This document shows, in pieces, positions 39,843 to 49,726 of a stretch of 64,000 nt of DNA. The stretch is taken from NCBI GenBank assembly GCA_017857235.1, contig JAFMDN010000003.1:2005-66004 (forward strand). The letters run 5' to 3'. Within the stretch, counting starts at the first letter, position 1. Each line of letters starts with the position of its first letter. Source of the stretch: Methanobacteriota archaeon. Its GTDB lineage: Archaea > Thermoplasmatota > Thermoplasmata > Thermoplasmatales > GCA-001856825. The notes under the pieces were generated by a model. It searched no databases, was not told the origin of the DNA, and saw only the letters and a list, made by a program, of their open reading frames with translations. The position numbers and the translations under genes are program-made.

Positions 39843-41218
39843 TTCACCGGTTTTCCGTACTTTTCAATGTACTCCTTCTTTACCCTCTTGAGTTCTCTCT
39901 CCGGGAACATCGAAAGGAGTTCCCAACCTATCTCTAGAGTTCTTTCTATACTTCTATCTTCATCATATCCCTGGGAAACGAACATCTCTTCAAACTTGTT
40001 GGCGAATTCCAAGTAAAGCCTATCATCTTTACCCAAGGCTTCTTGGCCCACTATTGCTGCCAAGCTTCTTAGGTCTACTCCCCTTCCATATGATGAATAA
40101 AGCTGATCTGCCACACCCCTATGATCTTCCCTAGTCCTTCCTTTTCCTATACCTTGATTCATTAACCTTGACAGTGATGGAAGAACATTAACTGGTGGAT
40201 ATATTCCTCTCCTATGTAAATCCCTGGAAAGCACTATTTGACCTTCAGTAATATAACCGGTTAAATCTGGTATTGGGTGAGTCATGTCATCTGATGGCAT
40301 TGAAAGGATAGGAAGCTGAGTGATAGATCCATTCCTACCCCTTATTTTTCCAGCCCTTTCGTAAATGGTGGATAGATCAGTGTACATATAACCTGGATAA
40401 CCTCTTCTGCCTGGAACTTCCTCTCTGGCAGCGGATATTTCTCTCAATGCTTCGCAGTAGTTTGTCATATCGCTTAAAATTACAAGAACGTGCATATCCT
40501 TCTCATATGCGAGATATTCTGCAGTTGTTAAGGCAACCCTTGGCAGGATAATCCTCTCCATGGAAGGATCTGAAGCTAGATTTAAAAATAGAACTGATCT
40601 GTTTAGTGCTCCTGTATTTCTAAACTCTTCTATAAAGAAATTAGCCTCTTCGGATGTTATACCCATGGCACCGAATACCACAGAGAAGCCCTCACTTGAA
40701 GACAGGACTTTTGCTTGCCTAGCTATTTGTGCTGCTAGCCTATTATGGGGTAGTCCTGATCCAGAGAAAATAGGTAACTTTTGTCCCCTAACCAGAGTAT
40801 TCATTCCGTCAATAGTAGATATTCCGGTTTCTATAAATTCCGATGGTTCTTCCCTTGAATAAGGATTTATTGCCTCTCCTACAATTTCTCTTTTTTCAGA
40901 GGCAATTATAGGCCCTAGGTTGTCTCTTGGTTCCCCTATACCATTAAATATTCTTCCTAGCATTTCGTCAGAAACTGGAACTCTTGCTGTTTCTCCCAGG
41001 AATTTGACGGATGTATTCCCTACATCAAGACCAGTAGTTTGACCAAAAACCTGAACTATAGCTAATCCCCTTCTTGATTCAAGAACCTGTCCTGTTCTCC
41101 TTTCCCCATTCTGAAGTCTTATTTCCACAAGTTCGTTGTAACCTACAGAACCTACACCTTCCACAAATAATAAAGGACCTGAAATTCTTGTAACACTCTT
41201 ATAAATTATATCGCTCAT
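39839..41218 (-). CDS. atpB: A/V-type ATP synthase subunit B
   Basis: [24 protein letters not shown] and [15 protein letters not shown] motifs. Confidence 0.97.
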   Translation of the reverse strand: MSDIIYKSVTRISGPLLFVEGVGSVGYNELVEIRLQNGERRTGQVLESRRGLAIVQVFGQTTGLDVGNTSVKFLGETARVPVSDEMLGRIFNGIGEPRDNLGPIIASEKREIVGEAINPYSREEPSEFIETGISTIDGMNTLVRGQKLPIFSGSGLPHNRLAAQIARQAKVLSSSEGFSVVFGAMGITSEEANFFIEEFRNTGALNRSVLFLNLASDPSMERIILPRVALTTAEYLAYEKDMHVLVILSDMTNYCEALREISAAREEVPGRRGYPGYMYTDLSTIYERAGKIRGRNGSITQLPILSMPSDDMTHPIPDLTGYITEGQIVLSRDLHRRGIYPPVNVLPSLSRLMNQGIGKGRTREDHRGVADQLYSSYGRGVDLRSLAAIVGQEALGKDDRLYLEFANKFEEMFVSQGYDEDRSIERTLEIGWELLSMFPERELKRVKKEYIEKYGKPVK

Positions 41219-42969
41219 TTCTGCTCAACCCTCCCCGTTATCTCCTTTTGCATTTCATTGATTAGCGAATTGTAGTAATCTTCCACTTGATCATATTTTA
41301 CTTCTTTAAATCTTGATAGCTTTTCTCTAAATGGCAATGATTGAAGTTCTGATATTGTGATTCCTTTGCTTACTGCATATTTTTCCAGTTCATCCATCTT
41401 AATTATTGCGTCGAGCATGAGATATTGTTTCCTTAGTGGGCAATATGTATCAACTTCATCAAAAGCACTCTGCTGCAAGAAATCTTCCCTGATTGACCTT
41501 GCAATATCGAGAACTTCTTTTTCGTTCTCGGGAAGCGCATCATAACCAACCAATTGCGCCACTTCTTGTAATTCGCTTTCCTTTTGTAATATTTCCATAC
41601 TCTTTGCATAAACTTCATACCATCTCGGAGATACTTTTTCTGCAAACCAATTCCTTAATTCTGTTAAATAGAGAGAATAACTTGTGAGCCAATTAATTGA
41701 TGGGAAGTGCCTTCTTTGTGCCAGGCTTGCATCTAGTCCCCAAAATACCCTTGTAACTCTGAGGGTATTCTGAGATACTGGTTCAGAAATATCACCGCCA
41801 GGCGGAGAAACTGCCCCTATTATTGTAACAGATCCCCTCCTCTCCTGACTTGACTGGATTATTGAATTTCCAGCCCTTTCATAGAATTCTGCAAGCTTTC
41901 TGCCAAGATAGGCAGGATAGCCCTCTTCACCAGGCATTTCTTCAAGTCTCCCAGATATCTCTCTTAGTGCTTCTGCCCATCTTGATGTGCTGTCTGCCAT
42001 TAGGGCCACATCATACCCCATATCTCTGAAATATTCGGCTATAGTTACACCTGTATAAATTGATGCTTCCCTCGCAGCAACTGGCATATTTGATGTATTT
42101 GCAATCAAGACCGTTCTCTCCATTAATGGCCTTCCGGACTTTGGATCAGTTAGTTCAGGGAAGGTTGTAAGTATCTCGGTCATCTCGTTACCCCTCTCAC
42201 CGCAACCTACGTAAACCACAACATCTGAATCAGCCCATTTTGCCAATTGATGCTGTACAACTGTTTTTCCGGATCCAAAAGGACCTGGAACAGCAACAGT
42301 ACCTCCTTTAGCAACTGGGAAAAACGTATCGATTACCCTTTGTCCGGTAATCAGTGGTATATTTGGAGGCAATTTCCCTTTAACAGGCCTTGGCTGTCTA
42401 ACTGGCCAATAATGGGATAGTTTCAGCTCTACCAATCCGTTCTTCGTTGAAATATATCCTATTGTATCTAAAGCCTTGAATTTCCCCTCCTCTATACTGA
42501 CAATATCTCCCTCAATTCCAGGAGGAACCATAACTCTATTTTCAATAAGGGACGTTTCCTGAACCTTACCTACGATATCACCACCTAATAGGTGCTGACC
42601 CTTTTTAACTGTGGGAACAAATTCCCAGTACTTGTTCATGTCTACTGGATCTGGATATAGACCCCTTCGTATGAAATCACCACCAGAGGATCTTATAACA
42701 TCTAGAGGCCTCTGAATTCCGTCGTATATGGATTTCATAATACCCGGTCCAAGCAATACTGAAAGTGGCCTGCCTGTAGTATCAACTTTTTCATTAGGCC
42801 TCAATCCACTGGTATCCTCATAAACCTGGATTGTGGACTTGTTTCCCTCTATCCTTATAATTTCTCCAACCAAACCTAATTCTCCAACTCTCACAACGTC
42901 ATACATCTTGGCTCCCTGTATGTCTTCTGCAGTTACAACTGGACCAGCAATTCTAACAATCTTTCCCAT
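41215..42969 (-). CDS. atpA: A/V-type ATP synthase subunit A, intein-free
   Basis: [17 protein letters not shown] and [12 protein letters not shown] motifs. Confidence 0.97.
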   Translation of the reverse strand: MGKIVRIAGPVVTAEDIQGAKMYDVVRVGELGLVGEIIRIEGNKSTIQVYEDTSGLRPNEKVDTTGRPLSVLLGPGIMKSIYDGIQRPLDVIRSSGGDFIRRGLYPDPVDMNKYWEFVPTVKKGQHLLGGDIVGKVQETSLIENRVMVPPGIEGDIVSIEEGKFKALDTIGYISTKNGLVELKLSHYWPVRQPRPVKGKLPPNIPLITGQRVIDTFFPVAKGGTVAVPGPFGSGKTVVQHQLAKWADSDVVVYVGCGERGNEMTEILTTFPELTDPKSGRPLMERTVLIANTSNMPVAAREASIYTGVTIAEYFRDMGYDVALMADSTSRWAEALREISGRLEEMPGEEGYPAYLGRKLAEFYERAGNSIIQSSQERRGSVTIIGAVSPPGGDISEPVSQNTLRVTRVFWGLDASLAQRRHFPSINWLTSYSLYLTELRNWFAEKVSPRWYEVYAKSMEILQKESELQEVAQLVGYDALPENEKEVLDIARSIREDFLQQSAFDEVDTYCPLRKQYLMLDAIIKMDELEKYAVSKGITISELQSLPFREKLSRFKEVKYDQVEDYYNSLINEMQKEITGRVEQK

Positions 42970-42971
42970 TT

Positions 42972-43307
42972 TTAAATACCCCCTATATTCAATTTCAATC
43001 CCAAAACTTTTCTTGCTAAATCTGAAATAGTCTCTTCCTCCTTTAATACATTGACAGGAACAAAAATAACAAGCGGAGATACGCTCGTTTCTATTAAACT
43101 TAAAAATCGCTTATCTAAGGAATTGATAAATGAATTTGAAGCAAGTATAAGCCCGTATTCACCACTTCCATATATCATCTTTAGAGTTTCCTGGAAATCC
43201 TTTTCGCCAACGGGAAAAACATCCTCTATACCTACTAGTTTAAATCCTATAGCCAATTCCCTTTCGCCTATGAACGCGATTTTACCAAATTTTTGTTTCA
43301 CATCCAA
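42972..43307 (-). CDS. atpF: A/V-type ATP synthase subunit F
   Basis: IAFIGE...GFKLVG motif and operon position. Confidence 0.9.
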   Translation of the reverse strand: MDVKQKFGKIAFIGERELAIGFKLVGIEDVFPVGEKDFQETLKMIYGSGEYGLILASNSFINSLDKRFLSLIETSVSPLVIFVPVNVLKEEETISDLARKVLGLKLNIGGI

Positions 43308-44375
43308 TTAAATCACCTTATTAATCAATAACATGGAAATTTCCTCTTCTGATAGGTTATAAAATTTTCCAGAAGCGATTTTTTTAATGTCTTTCCATTG
43401 AGCTTCTGCTCTCATCAGGAAAGCGATTACGTTATTTATGGAGAGTGAGCTCATTTCGAAAATTTCCAAAAATTCCCAATATATATTTCTCTCTATTTCA
43501 CTCTCAATTCCTACCAGAGAACTTGTATTCTTGTAATAATCTAGACCTGTTGTTATATTAAATATGCTCTTAACTTTCTGAATAACTTCTTCGACTGAAT
43601 TGCTTTTAATTAAATCGTCTATCTGTTGATCCGTCAATCCCCCTCCTTTAATAATGAAATCCTTTATATCTTCTACATTACCGTATTCTATTCCCTTTAA
43701 GATTGTCATCAGGTTTTTGGAGTCAATTATCCTTTTTATATACCTGTAAATAGGACCTTCGGAACCGTTGAAGAACCTAAATTTCTCTCTCATCATTTCA
43801 TAATAGTATAAGTCAAGGGATAACAAAAGCGATGTAACGTTATTATTCTTCTTATAATCGTCAATAAATGAAAGTAAAGCTTTACCATAACCGTATCTCA
43901 GGGTATAAGAAACTATATCCTCAATATTATCCATAGATAAAATGTTCCTATAATCCTCATAGCTTAAAAGTCCTGCATACATTCCTACAGGGAGGTTTTT
44001 AGAAGTAATCAAATAAATTTGGGTTTGTTCTATTTTATTATTGGCAGATTTAGCAGCGATTATGGTTTTTAAATTTAGCAGGTCCCATTTACTAAGGTAT
44101 GAGACAATTAGATCTTTTCCATTATATGGCGTAACACTCAAGGCATACCTATTTAATCTAGCAAAATATGAATTATTTGATATTTCAATTAAATCTAAGC
44201 CGGAGTATTGATTGGAATATTGACTTAGATCATCCTTTAGCCCTTTTTCGCTTAGGAGTGAAATAATGTCATTCACGCTGCTTGCCTTAATTAAATCTTC
44301 GTAATCCTTCTTTGACAACAGATTTAGCTTTTCAACCTTGAGTGTTCCATAAGGGAGGCCATATAATGATCTCAA
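43308..44375 (-). CDS. atpC: A/V-type ATP synthase subunit C
   Basis: WDLLNLK and D..NL patterns, length and operon position. Confidence 0.88.
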   Translation of the reverse strand: MRSLYGLPYGTLKVEKLNLLSKKDYEDLIKASSVNDIISLLSEKGLKDDLSQYSNQYSGLDLIEISNNSYFARLNRYALSVTPYNGKDLIVSYLSKWDLLNLKTIIAAKSANNKIEQTQIYLITSKNLPVGMYAGLLSYEDYRNILSMDNIEDIVSYTLRYGYGKALLSFIDDYKKNNNVTSLLLSLDLYYYEMMREKFRFFNGSEGPIYRYIKRIIDSKNLMTILKGIEYGNVEDIKDFIIKGGGLTDQQIDDLIKSNSVEEVIQKVKSIFNITTGLDYYKNTSSLVGIESEIERNIYWEFLEIFEMSSLSINNVIAFLMRAEAQWKDIKKIASGKFYNLSEEEISMLLINKVI

Positions 44376-44379
44376 TTTA

Positions 44380-44949
44380 TCACCCTAAAATATAATCCCT
44401 CATAACTTTCCTTAAACTTTCCATCCTGTTCCTAATTATTTCCTCTAGGGTATAATCTATCTCCATTTTTCCATCAGCACTTGTTATTATTACACCACCC
44501 AATGGATCAACTTCCTTTTGCACTACATTAAGGGGGAACGAAAATTTATTTATTTTTTCAATATCCCTTTGATTTGCATAAATTATAGCTCCCGGACCAA
44601 GTTTCTCCCAACCTTTCTGTATTCTATCATGGAGGAATTTCTCGTATTCTGGTGAATTAACAAACTCCTGAAGTTTTCTATTTAAGTTCTGCAAAATGTT
44701 TTCCTGAATTGATTCGATCTCCTTTTCAAACTTATTTCTGTTTTCTAGCAATGCTGCTGAGATTATTTGTCTTTTTAATTTATCTCCATCCATCTTGGCC
44801 TTTTTCTTCGAATTTTCGATAATCTGTTGGGCTTTAACCTCTGCGTCTTTTAACAACTGCTGGGCCTTGGAATTCGCTTCTTTCAGTATTTCTTCTTCTT
44901 GTCTATTTGTTTCTTCTTCAATCTCTTTTAGTATCTCTTCGAGTGGCAT
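44380..44949 (-). CDS. atpE: A/V-type ATP synthase subunit E
   Basis: N-terminal coiled coil and LGGVII..DG...D.T motif. Confidence 0.9.
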   Translation of the reverse strand: MPLEEILKEIEEETNRQEEEILKEANSKAQQLLKDAEVKAQQIIENSKKKAKMDGDKLKRQIISAALLENRNKFEKEIESIQENILQNLNRKLQEFVNSPEYEKFLHDRIQKGWEKLGPGAIIYANQRDIEKINKFSFPLNVVQKEVDPLGGVIITSADGKMEIDYTLEEIIRNRMESLRKVMRDYILG

Positions 44950-44953
44950 AAGC

Positions 44954-45181
44954 TCACAGTATGTGCAGCAAGAGAATTAATCCCAGAACGAATCCGATTA
45001 TCCATAGTGTCTCAGGTATAACGAAGAAGAAAAGCACGGTTCCAAATTTCTCCGGTTTCTCAGCTATAACCCCCATACCAGAAGCACCAATTCCACTCTG
45101 CGCCATACCAGTTCCTACTAATCCACCAGCCATGGCGATAGATGCCGCAATGGCATATAATGCATCAACTTGAGTATACAT
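44954..45181 (-). CDS. atpK: A/V-type ATP synthase subunit K (c, proteolipid), single hairpin
   Basis: Two TM helices, AQSGIG, AEKPE and IPET; ATG 45181. Confidence 0.92.
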   Translation of the reverse strand: MYTQVDALYAIAASIAMAGGLVGTGMAQSGIGASGMGVIAEKPEKFGTVLFFFVIPETLWIIGFVLGLILLLHIL

Positions 45182-45412
45182 GGGTATCAATGGTGTATAA
45201 ATACTATCTTAAAAGTATTTCTCGATATTGATTTATATCCAATTTTTAATTATATCTAATTAAAACAAAAATTTGATGAAATTACCTCTATCTGTACGTT
45301 ATTTTAACCTTCTCAAAGATTACTGCAATTTTCAAATCGAAATTTTGATTCGTAAATAGGATGAAGCATTAATTGGTAAAATTAATGTAGTGCAAATTTA
45401 TGGCTGTTTTGC

Positions 45413-45483
45413 GCGAGTGTAGTGTAGCGGTAGCACAGAAGCTTCCCAAGCTTCTAACCCGGGTTCGAATCCCGGCACTCGCA
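45413..45483 (+). tRNA. tRNA-Gly(CCC)
   Basis: GCGAGTG/CACTCGC acceptor stem, GAAGC-TTCCCAA-GCTTC anticodon arm and GGTTCGAATCC T-loop. Confidence 0.95.
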
Positions 45484-45496
45484 TTTTAGGAAATAT

Positions 45497-45877
45497 TTAC
45501 TCTACATGGGTTATCTCAGAAATTATTGATTCAAACACATTGTCTAATAAAATGCCCAGATCAAATTCTTCCCACTTTTTTAATACATCCGATGGTCTAT
45601 AATATTCCACAAATGTCATATTATCTTTTTCAAAGATATAAATCCTTAAGGGCGGATCAATACCAGACGCTAGATTTCTAGAAAACATTTGGAATGCAAA
45701 ATCAGGTCTAAAGATTTCAAATATATAACTGCCAGGAATGTTAAATCCAGCCTTTCTCAAATTTTCTTGAGCATTGATTCTAGAAACAATTATCAAATTT
45801 GCCCTAGATATAGCTTCTTCCATATTTTTCAATGTTTCTTGGAAATTATATTTAGACCTCAACGTAATCGGTTTCAT
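45497..45877 (-). CDS. DUF302 family protein
   Basis: IN.QE..., IFEIFRP, PLRIYI and Y.RPS patterns; 126 aa. Confidence 0.8.
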   Translation of the reverse strand: MKPITLRSKYNFQETLKNMEEAISRANLIIVSRINAQENLRKAGFNIPGSYIFEIFRPDFAFQMFSRNLASGIDPPLRIYIFEKDNMTFVEYYRPSDVLKKWEEFDLGILLDNVFESIISEITHVE

Positions 45878-45942
45878 TTATGGTGGTATTCAAATCTCGC
45901 ATAAATGAATTATTTTATATAGTTACAGATATATTAGTAAGA

Positions 45943-45963
45943 AAATCTAAAAAAGATTTAAAT
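45943..45963 (+). promoter_or_regulatory. Probable BRE-TATA promoter of the HDO-hppD operon with an overlapping inverted repeat
   Basis: AAAAGA-TTTAAAT with the TATA 29 nt before ATG 45986; AAATCT-N5-AGATTT inverted repeat. Confidence 0.5.
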
Positions 45964-45985
45964 TTAAGCTTTCTAAATGATATTT

Positions 45986-46672
45986 ATGTCATTTAATTCA
46001 GAAAATTTTTACACACAACTGTATAGCTTTGTTAAGCAGCATCCGGCCACAAATAATGATTTCATAAATAGGTTTTCTAAGGGACAAGTCAGCCCCAGTG
46101 AATTCAATAGATTTTCTATTGAATTTTACCACTTTACACGGGAGTGGCCTTCAATCCTCGCAATACTCCTGGTTAATGAACCAAACGAATCTGATGCTTA
46201 CAATTTAACTAAAATATTGGTTTCTGAACTTGGTGATGATGACCCTAACAAAAGGCATGAATTATTATATAGAAGGTTTCTTAGATCTGTAGGGTTGAAT
46301 CCTTCTGAATTAATATTCAGGAAGAAACTTGATACAACAAGGGATTGGCTAGATGCCATGAGAAGGCTTTTCTCATCAAGTCATTTCAGGGCTTTAGGTG
46401 CTGAATTTGGCTTAGAAAACATGGCAATCCCAATGTGGGACAAATTGATCCCCGGATTAAATTACATCAAATCAAATTGGAAAGGATATGAGAAAATGGA
46501 TATTGAATACTTCACATTCCACAGGGAGCTGGAGATACATCATGAAGAAGCTATGGAAAATGTCCTTGGTGAACATATTGATGACGTATCTGCAAGGGAG
46601 GAATTTTACAACGGTGCTAAAGAGATTTTGGATTACGAAGAAAAATTCTGGTTAGGACTATCTGATAGGTGA
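45986..46672 (+). CDS. Heme-oxygenase-like diiron oxidase (HDO; CADD/PqqC/TenA fold)
   Basis: SELG.....RH, GLEN and YFTFHRELEIHH give an E,H,E,H,E,H ligand set; alternative start at 45977. Confidence 0.8.
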   Translation: MSFNSENFYTQLYSFVKQHPATNNDFINRFSKGQVSPSEFNRFSIEFYHFTREWPSILAILLVNEPNESDAYNLTKILVSELGDDDPNKRHELLYRRFLRSVGLNPSELIFRKKLDTTRDWLDAMRRLFSSSHFRALGAEFGLENMAIPMWDKLIPGLNYIKSNWKGYEKMDIEYFTFHRELEIHHEEAMENVLGEHIDDVSAREEFYNGAKEILDYEEKFWLGLSDR

Positions 46673-46677
46673 ACTTC

Positions 46678-47760
46678 ATGGAGAGGGATATTTACGATTC
46701 CATAGATTATATTGAATTTTATGTTGGTTCAGCTTTTCAATGGGCATATTTCCATCAAAAGGCAATGGGTTTTAAGCTTGATGCTTATTCAGGTCCCGAA
46801 ACAGGAATTAAGGATAGAGTTTCATATGCACTTTCACAAGGCAATGTAAAATTAATATTTACAAGTGCATTGACACCGGCTTCAGAGGTGGCAGAGCATA
46901 ATTATGTTCATGGAGATGGGGTTAAAGATATTGTTTTGAAAACAGATGATATAGAAGAAGTTAATTTAGATTTAAAAGAAAGGGGAGTAACATCCCTTAA
47001 TAATCTGGAAAATATAAAGACTGAATTTGGAATTTTAAAGAAAGCCTATATTAATACTTATGGTGTAACTAAACATTCTGTACTCGATTATTCAGAATAT
47101 GAAAATAAAACATTGCCGGGTTTTCAAGAGATAGATGAAGGAGAATCCTGGGGTTTAATAAATGCAGTTGACCATGTTGTGGGCAATGTGGAAATGAATA
47201 TGATGGATCGATGGGTTGACTATTATATAAGGGGAATGGGTTTTAGGCAGCTCATCTCGTTTGATGATAAAGATATATCCACTGAATATTCAGCCCTAAA
47301 ATCAAAGGTAGTTAAATATAAGAACAGAGACATTACATTCCCGATAAATGAACCAGCCTATGGAAAGAAGAAATCTCAGATACAGGAATATCTTGATTAT
47401 TATAAGACACCTGGGGTTCAGCATATTGCTTTGCGAACAGATAATATAATAGAGACAGTAGAAAAAATGAGGAAAAATGGGGTAAGATTTCTAGAAACTC
47501 CAAAGTCTTATTATGACAATCTTGAGGAAAGGGTTGGTAAAATAGACGAGGATATAGAAAAATTAAAAGAATTAAACATATTGGTGGATAGAGACGATAG
47601 GGGTTATCTTTTACAAATATTTACCAAGCCAATTGGAGACAGACCAACTTTCTTTTATGAGATAATACAAAGAAAAGGGGCTGAATCCTTCGGAAAAGGA
47701 AACTTTAAAGCACTGTTTGAGGCTATAGAGCGAGAACAGGCCAAAAGAGGAAATTTGTAA
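46678..47760 (+). CDS. hppD: 4-hydroxyphenylpyruvate dioxygenase
   Basis: HGDGVKDI, DHVVGN, QHIAL, LLQIFT and FFYEIIQR.G..FGKGNFKALF (HppD-type rather than HmaS-type C-terminus). ATG 46678 follows AGGTGA. Confidence 0.95.
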   Translation: MERDIYDSIDYIEFYVGSAFQWAYFHQKAMGFKLDAYSGPETGIKDRVSYALSQGNVKLIFTSALTPASEVAEHNYVHGDGVKDIVLKTDDIEEVNLDLKERGVTSLNNLENIKTEFGILKKAYINTYGVTKHSVLDYSEYENKTLPGFQEIDEGESWGLINAVDHVVGNVEMNMMDRWVDYYIRGMGFRQLISFDDKDISTEYSALKSKVVKYKNRDITFPINEPAYGKKKSQIQEYLDYYKTPGVQHIALRTDNIIETVEKMRKNGVRFLETPKSYYDNLEERVGKIDEDIEKLKELNILVDRDDRGYLLQIFTKPIGDRPTFFYEIIQRKGAESFGKGNFKALFEAIEREQAKRGNL

Positions 47761-48593
47761 TGAAGTTGGGTACTGCAATAGTCGGAAATGATAGAAAGTT
47801 TATTAGGAAAATTAATAGATGGGAATTTACCGATGTCCCCCCCAACAATACTATGTTAATTGACTATAATTATGAGTTCCGTGAGTTAAATGGCGATATA
47901 ATTTTTGATATACCGGTGCCTGAAATTCAAAATGTAAGAGATTTTTATTCATTTGAAAGCCATGTTAAAAATTCTAGAAAACGCAGAGGCTTGGATATGG
48001 AACCCGAGTGGTATAATATACCTGCATATTATTATCAAAACAGGAGCAGTGTTTTACCAACGGAGCGTGAAATAAAATATCCGTCATTTACAAAACAATT
48101 GGATTTGGAAGTGGAATTGGCGTTTGTAATAGGAAAATCTGGTATTAATTTATCTCGAGAAAATGCTATTGATAATGTCCTAGGTTTTATGCTGGCAAAT
48201 GATTGGACGGCCAGAGACATTCAGAAGTCCGAAATGAAGATTGGCTTGGGCCCATCCAAGTCAAAAGATTTCGCTACCTCACTTGGCCCATATATCACTA
48301 CAATTGATGAACTCTCACATAAAATAGAAAGGGGGAGAATTTACCTTGAAATAGAACTTTTCATAAATGGAGTAAAAATTAGGACCCTCAGCACCGATGA
48401 TATGTACTGGACAATAAATGATCTTGTTAGTTATGCTTCAAAGGATTGTGAAATTAAATTGGGGGATGTTTTTATGACAGGTACGTTAGCAGGGGGGTCT
48501 CAAGCAGAGTTAGACGAAGATTTTCTGAAGAAAGGTGATTTGGTTGAGATCAGGTCTAAAGAACTTGGAATTTTGAAAAATAGGGTGGTATAA
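47760..48593 (+). CDS. Fumarylacetoacetate hydrolase family protein
   Basis: RDFYSFESH, LDLEVE, NDWTARDIQ, KSKDF and GDVFMTGT motifs. Confidence 0.9.
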   Translation: MKLGTAIVGNDRKFIRKINRWEFTDVPPNNTMLIDYNYEFRELNGDIIFDIPVPEIQNVRDFYSFESHVKNSRKRRGLDMEPEWYNIPAYYYQNRSSVLPTEREIKYPSFTKQLDLEVELAFVIGKSGINLSRENAIDNVLGFMLANDWTARDIQKSEMKIGLGPSKSKDFATSLGPYITTIDELSHKIERGRIYLEIELFINGVKIRTLSTDDMYWTINDLVSYASKDCEIKLGDVFMTGTLAGGSQAELDEDFLKKGDLVEIRSKELGILKNRVV

Positions 48594-49726
48594 TGCCTTT
48601 TTATGTTAAGATTGGGAATTTACCAAAATACAGGCATACTTTCGATAAAGATGTCTATTTTGAAGAAGTTATAAGTTCGGAAAGTTTCGATGGGCCATAT
48701 AGCATATTATACCATAATAAGGAGCCAACCAACTTTTTGGAATATGAAATAAGGAACAAAGATGCAAAAATGGAGGAGAAATATATAAGCCAGCATTCCC
48801 ACATTCTAACTCAAAAAATTAAGGGGAATGGTGACTTTGCATATTCCAGGAAATATTTATTTGGTAATGATTATCTTTCAATAGGAATCTCTAGGGTAAA
48901 TAAGACAGGAGATTATCTAATGAGGTTCGGTAATAGGCATCTTCTTGCATTCGTACATCAGGGAGATGGACTACTGGAAACAAATATGGGGTCCTTGAAT
49001 TATTTTGAGCATGATTATATCTTAATTCCAAAAGGCGTACTGTTTAGGTTTATTCCTAAGGGTGAAACGTTTCTCTTTTTTGTAGAATCAGGAGATTCTA
49101 TTAATTTTCCACAGAGGTATGTTAACGGTTTAGGACAATTAAAGCTTCAATCCCCAATTAGCGATCGTAACATAAGGATCCCAGAATTAAGATATAGTGA
49201 TTTACCTGTGAAGAAAATTATTGTTGATTCGGGGAATGAATATTTGGAATATATTCCTTCCAGTGATCCTAGAGATCTTGTTGGTTGGGATGGCACATAC
49301 TACCCATTTGCATTAAATGCTTTGGATCAGATGCCGTGGGTTGGTAAGATACACCTTCCTCCTCCCGTTCATCAGACTTTTGATAGCAAACACTTCATGG
49401 TGGCTACATTTCTTCCAAGACCATTTGATTTCCATGAAAGGGCTATACCTATATCCTTCTATCATTCTAACGTTGATGTTGAGGAAATTCTTTTTTATTC
49501 CTCTGGAAACTTCATGAGTAGGAAAGGAATAAAAAAGGGATCGATTACCATACATGTTAGGAATCTGACTCACGGACCGCATCCCGGAAAATACAAAGAA
49601 TCTATAGGTAAAGAATGGACTGACGAACTTGCTGTTATGCTAGAGGTATATGACAGGATAAAATTCTACAAAGGTACAGATGAACTCCTTGACAAAAATT
49701 ATATGTCTAGCTGGAGGGAAGAATGA
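48593..49726 (+). CDS. hmgA: Homogentisate 1,2-dioxygenase (short bacterial type)
   Basis: F.GPYS..YH, GWDG, HLPPPVHQTF, HSNVDVEE and HGPHPG motifs. Confidence 0.92.
   Translation: MPFYVKIGNLPKYRHTFDKDVYFEEVISSESFDGPYSILYHNKEPTNFLEYEIRNKDAKMEEKYISQHSHILTQKIKGNGDFAYSRKYLFGNDYLSIGISRVNKTGDYLMRFGNRHLLAFVHQGDGLLETNMGSLNYFEHDYILIPKGVLFRFIPKGETFLFFVESGDSINFPQRYVNGLGQLKLQSPISDRNIRIPELRYSDLPVKKIIVDSGNEYLEYIPSSDPRDLVGWDGTYYPFALNALDQMPWVGKIHLPPPVHQTFDSKHFMVATFLPRPFDFHERAIPISFYHSNVDVEEILFYSSGNFMSRKGIKKGSITIHVRNLTHGPHPGKYKESIGKEWTDELAVMLEVYDRIKFYKGTDELLDKNYMSSWREE

Noticed and set aside
45460..45483. tRNA-Gly 3' end as an att site of an active mobile element
   Set aside because: No second copy and no integrase or transposase was seen in the window
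45986..46672. Annotation of the HDO as PqqC, TenA or a CADD-type pABA synthase
   Set aside because: No pqq, thiamine or folate context; no Cys for TenA catalysis; the CADD sacrificial Tyr and Lys appear substituted in a by-eye alignment
46678..47760. Hydroxymandelate synthase instead of HppD
   Set aside because: The GNFKALF C-terminal motif and the adjacent hmgA and fah support HppD
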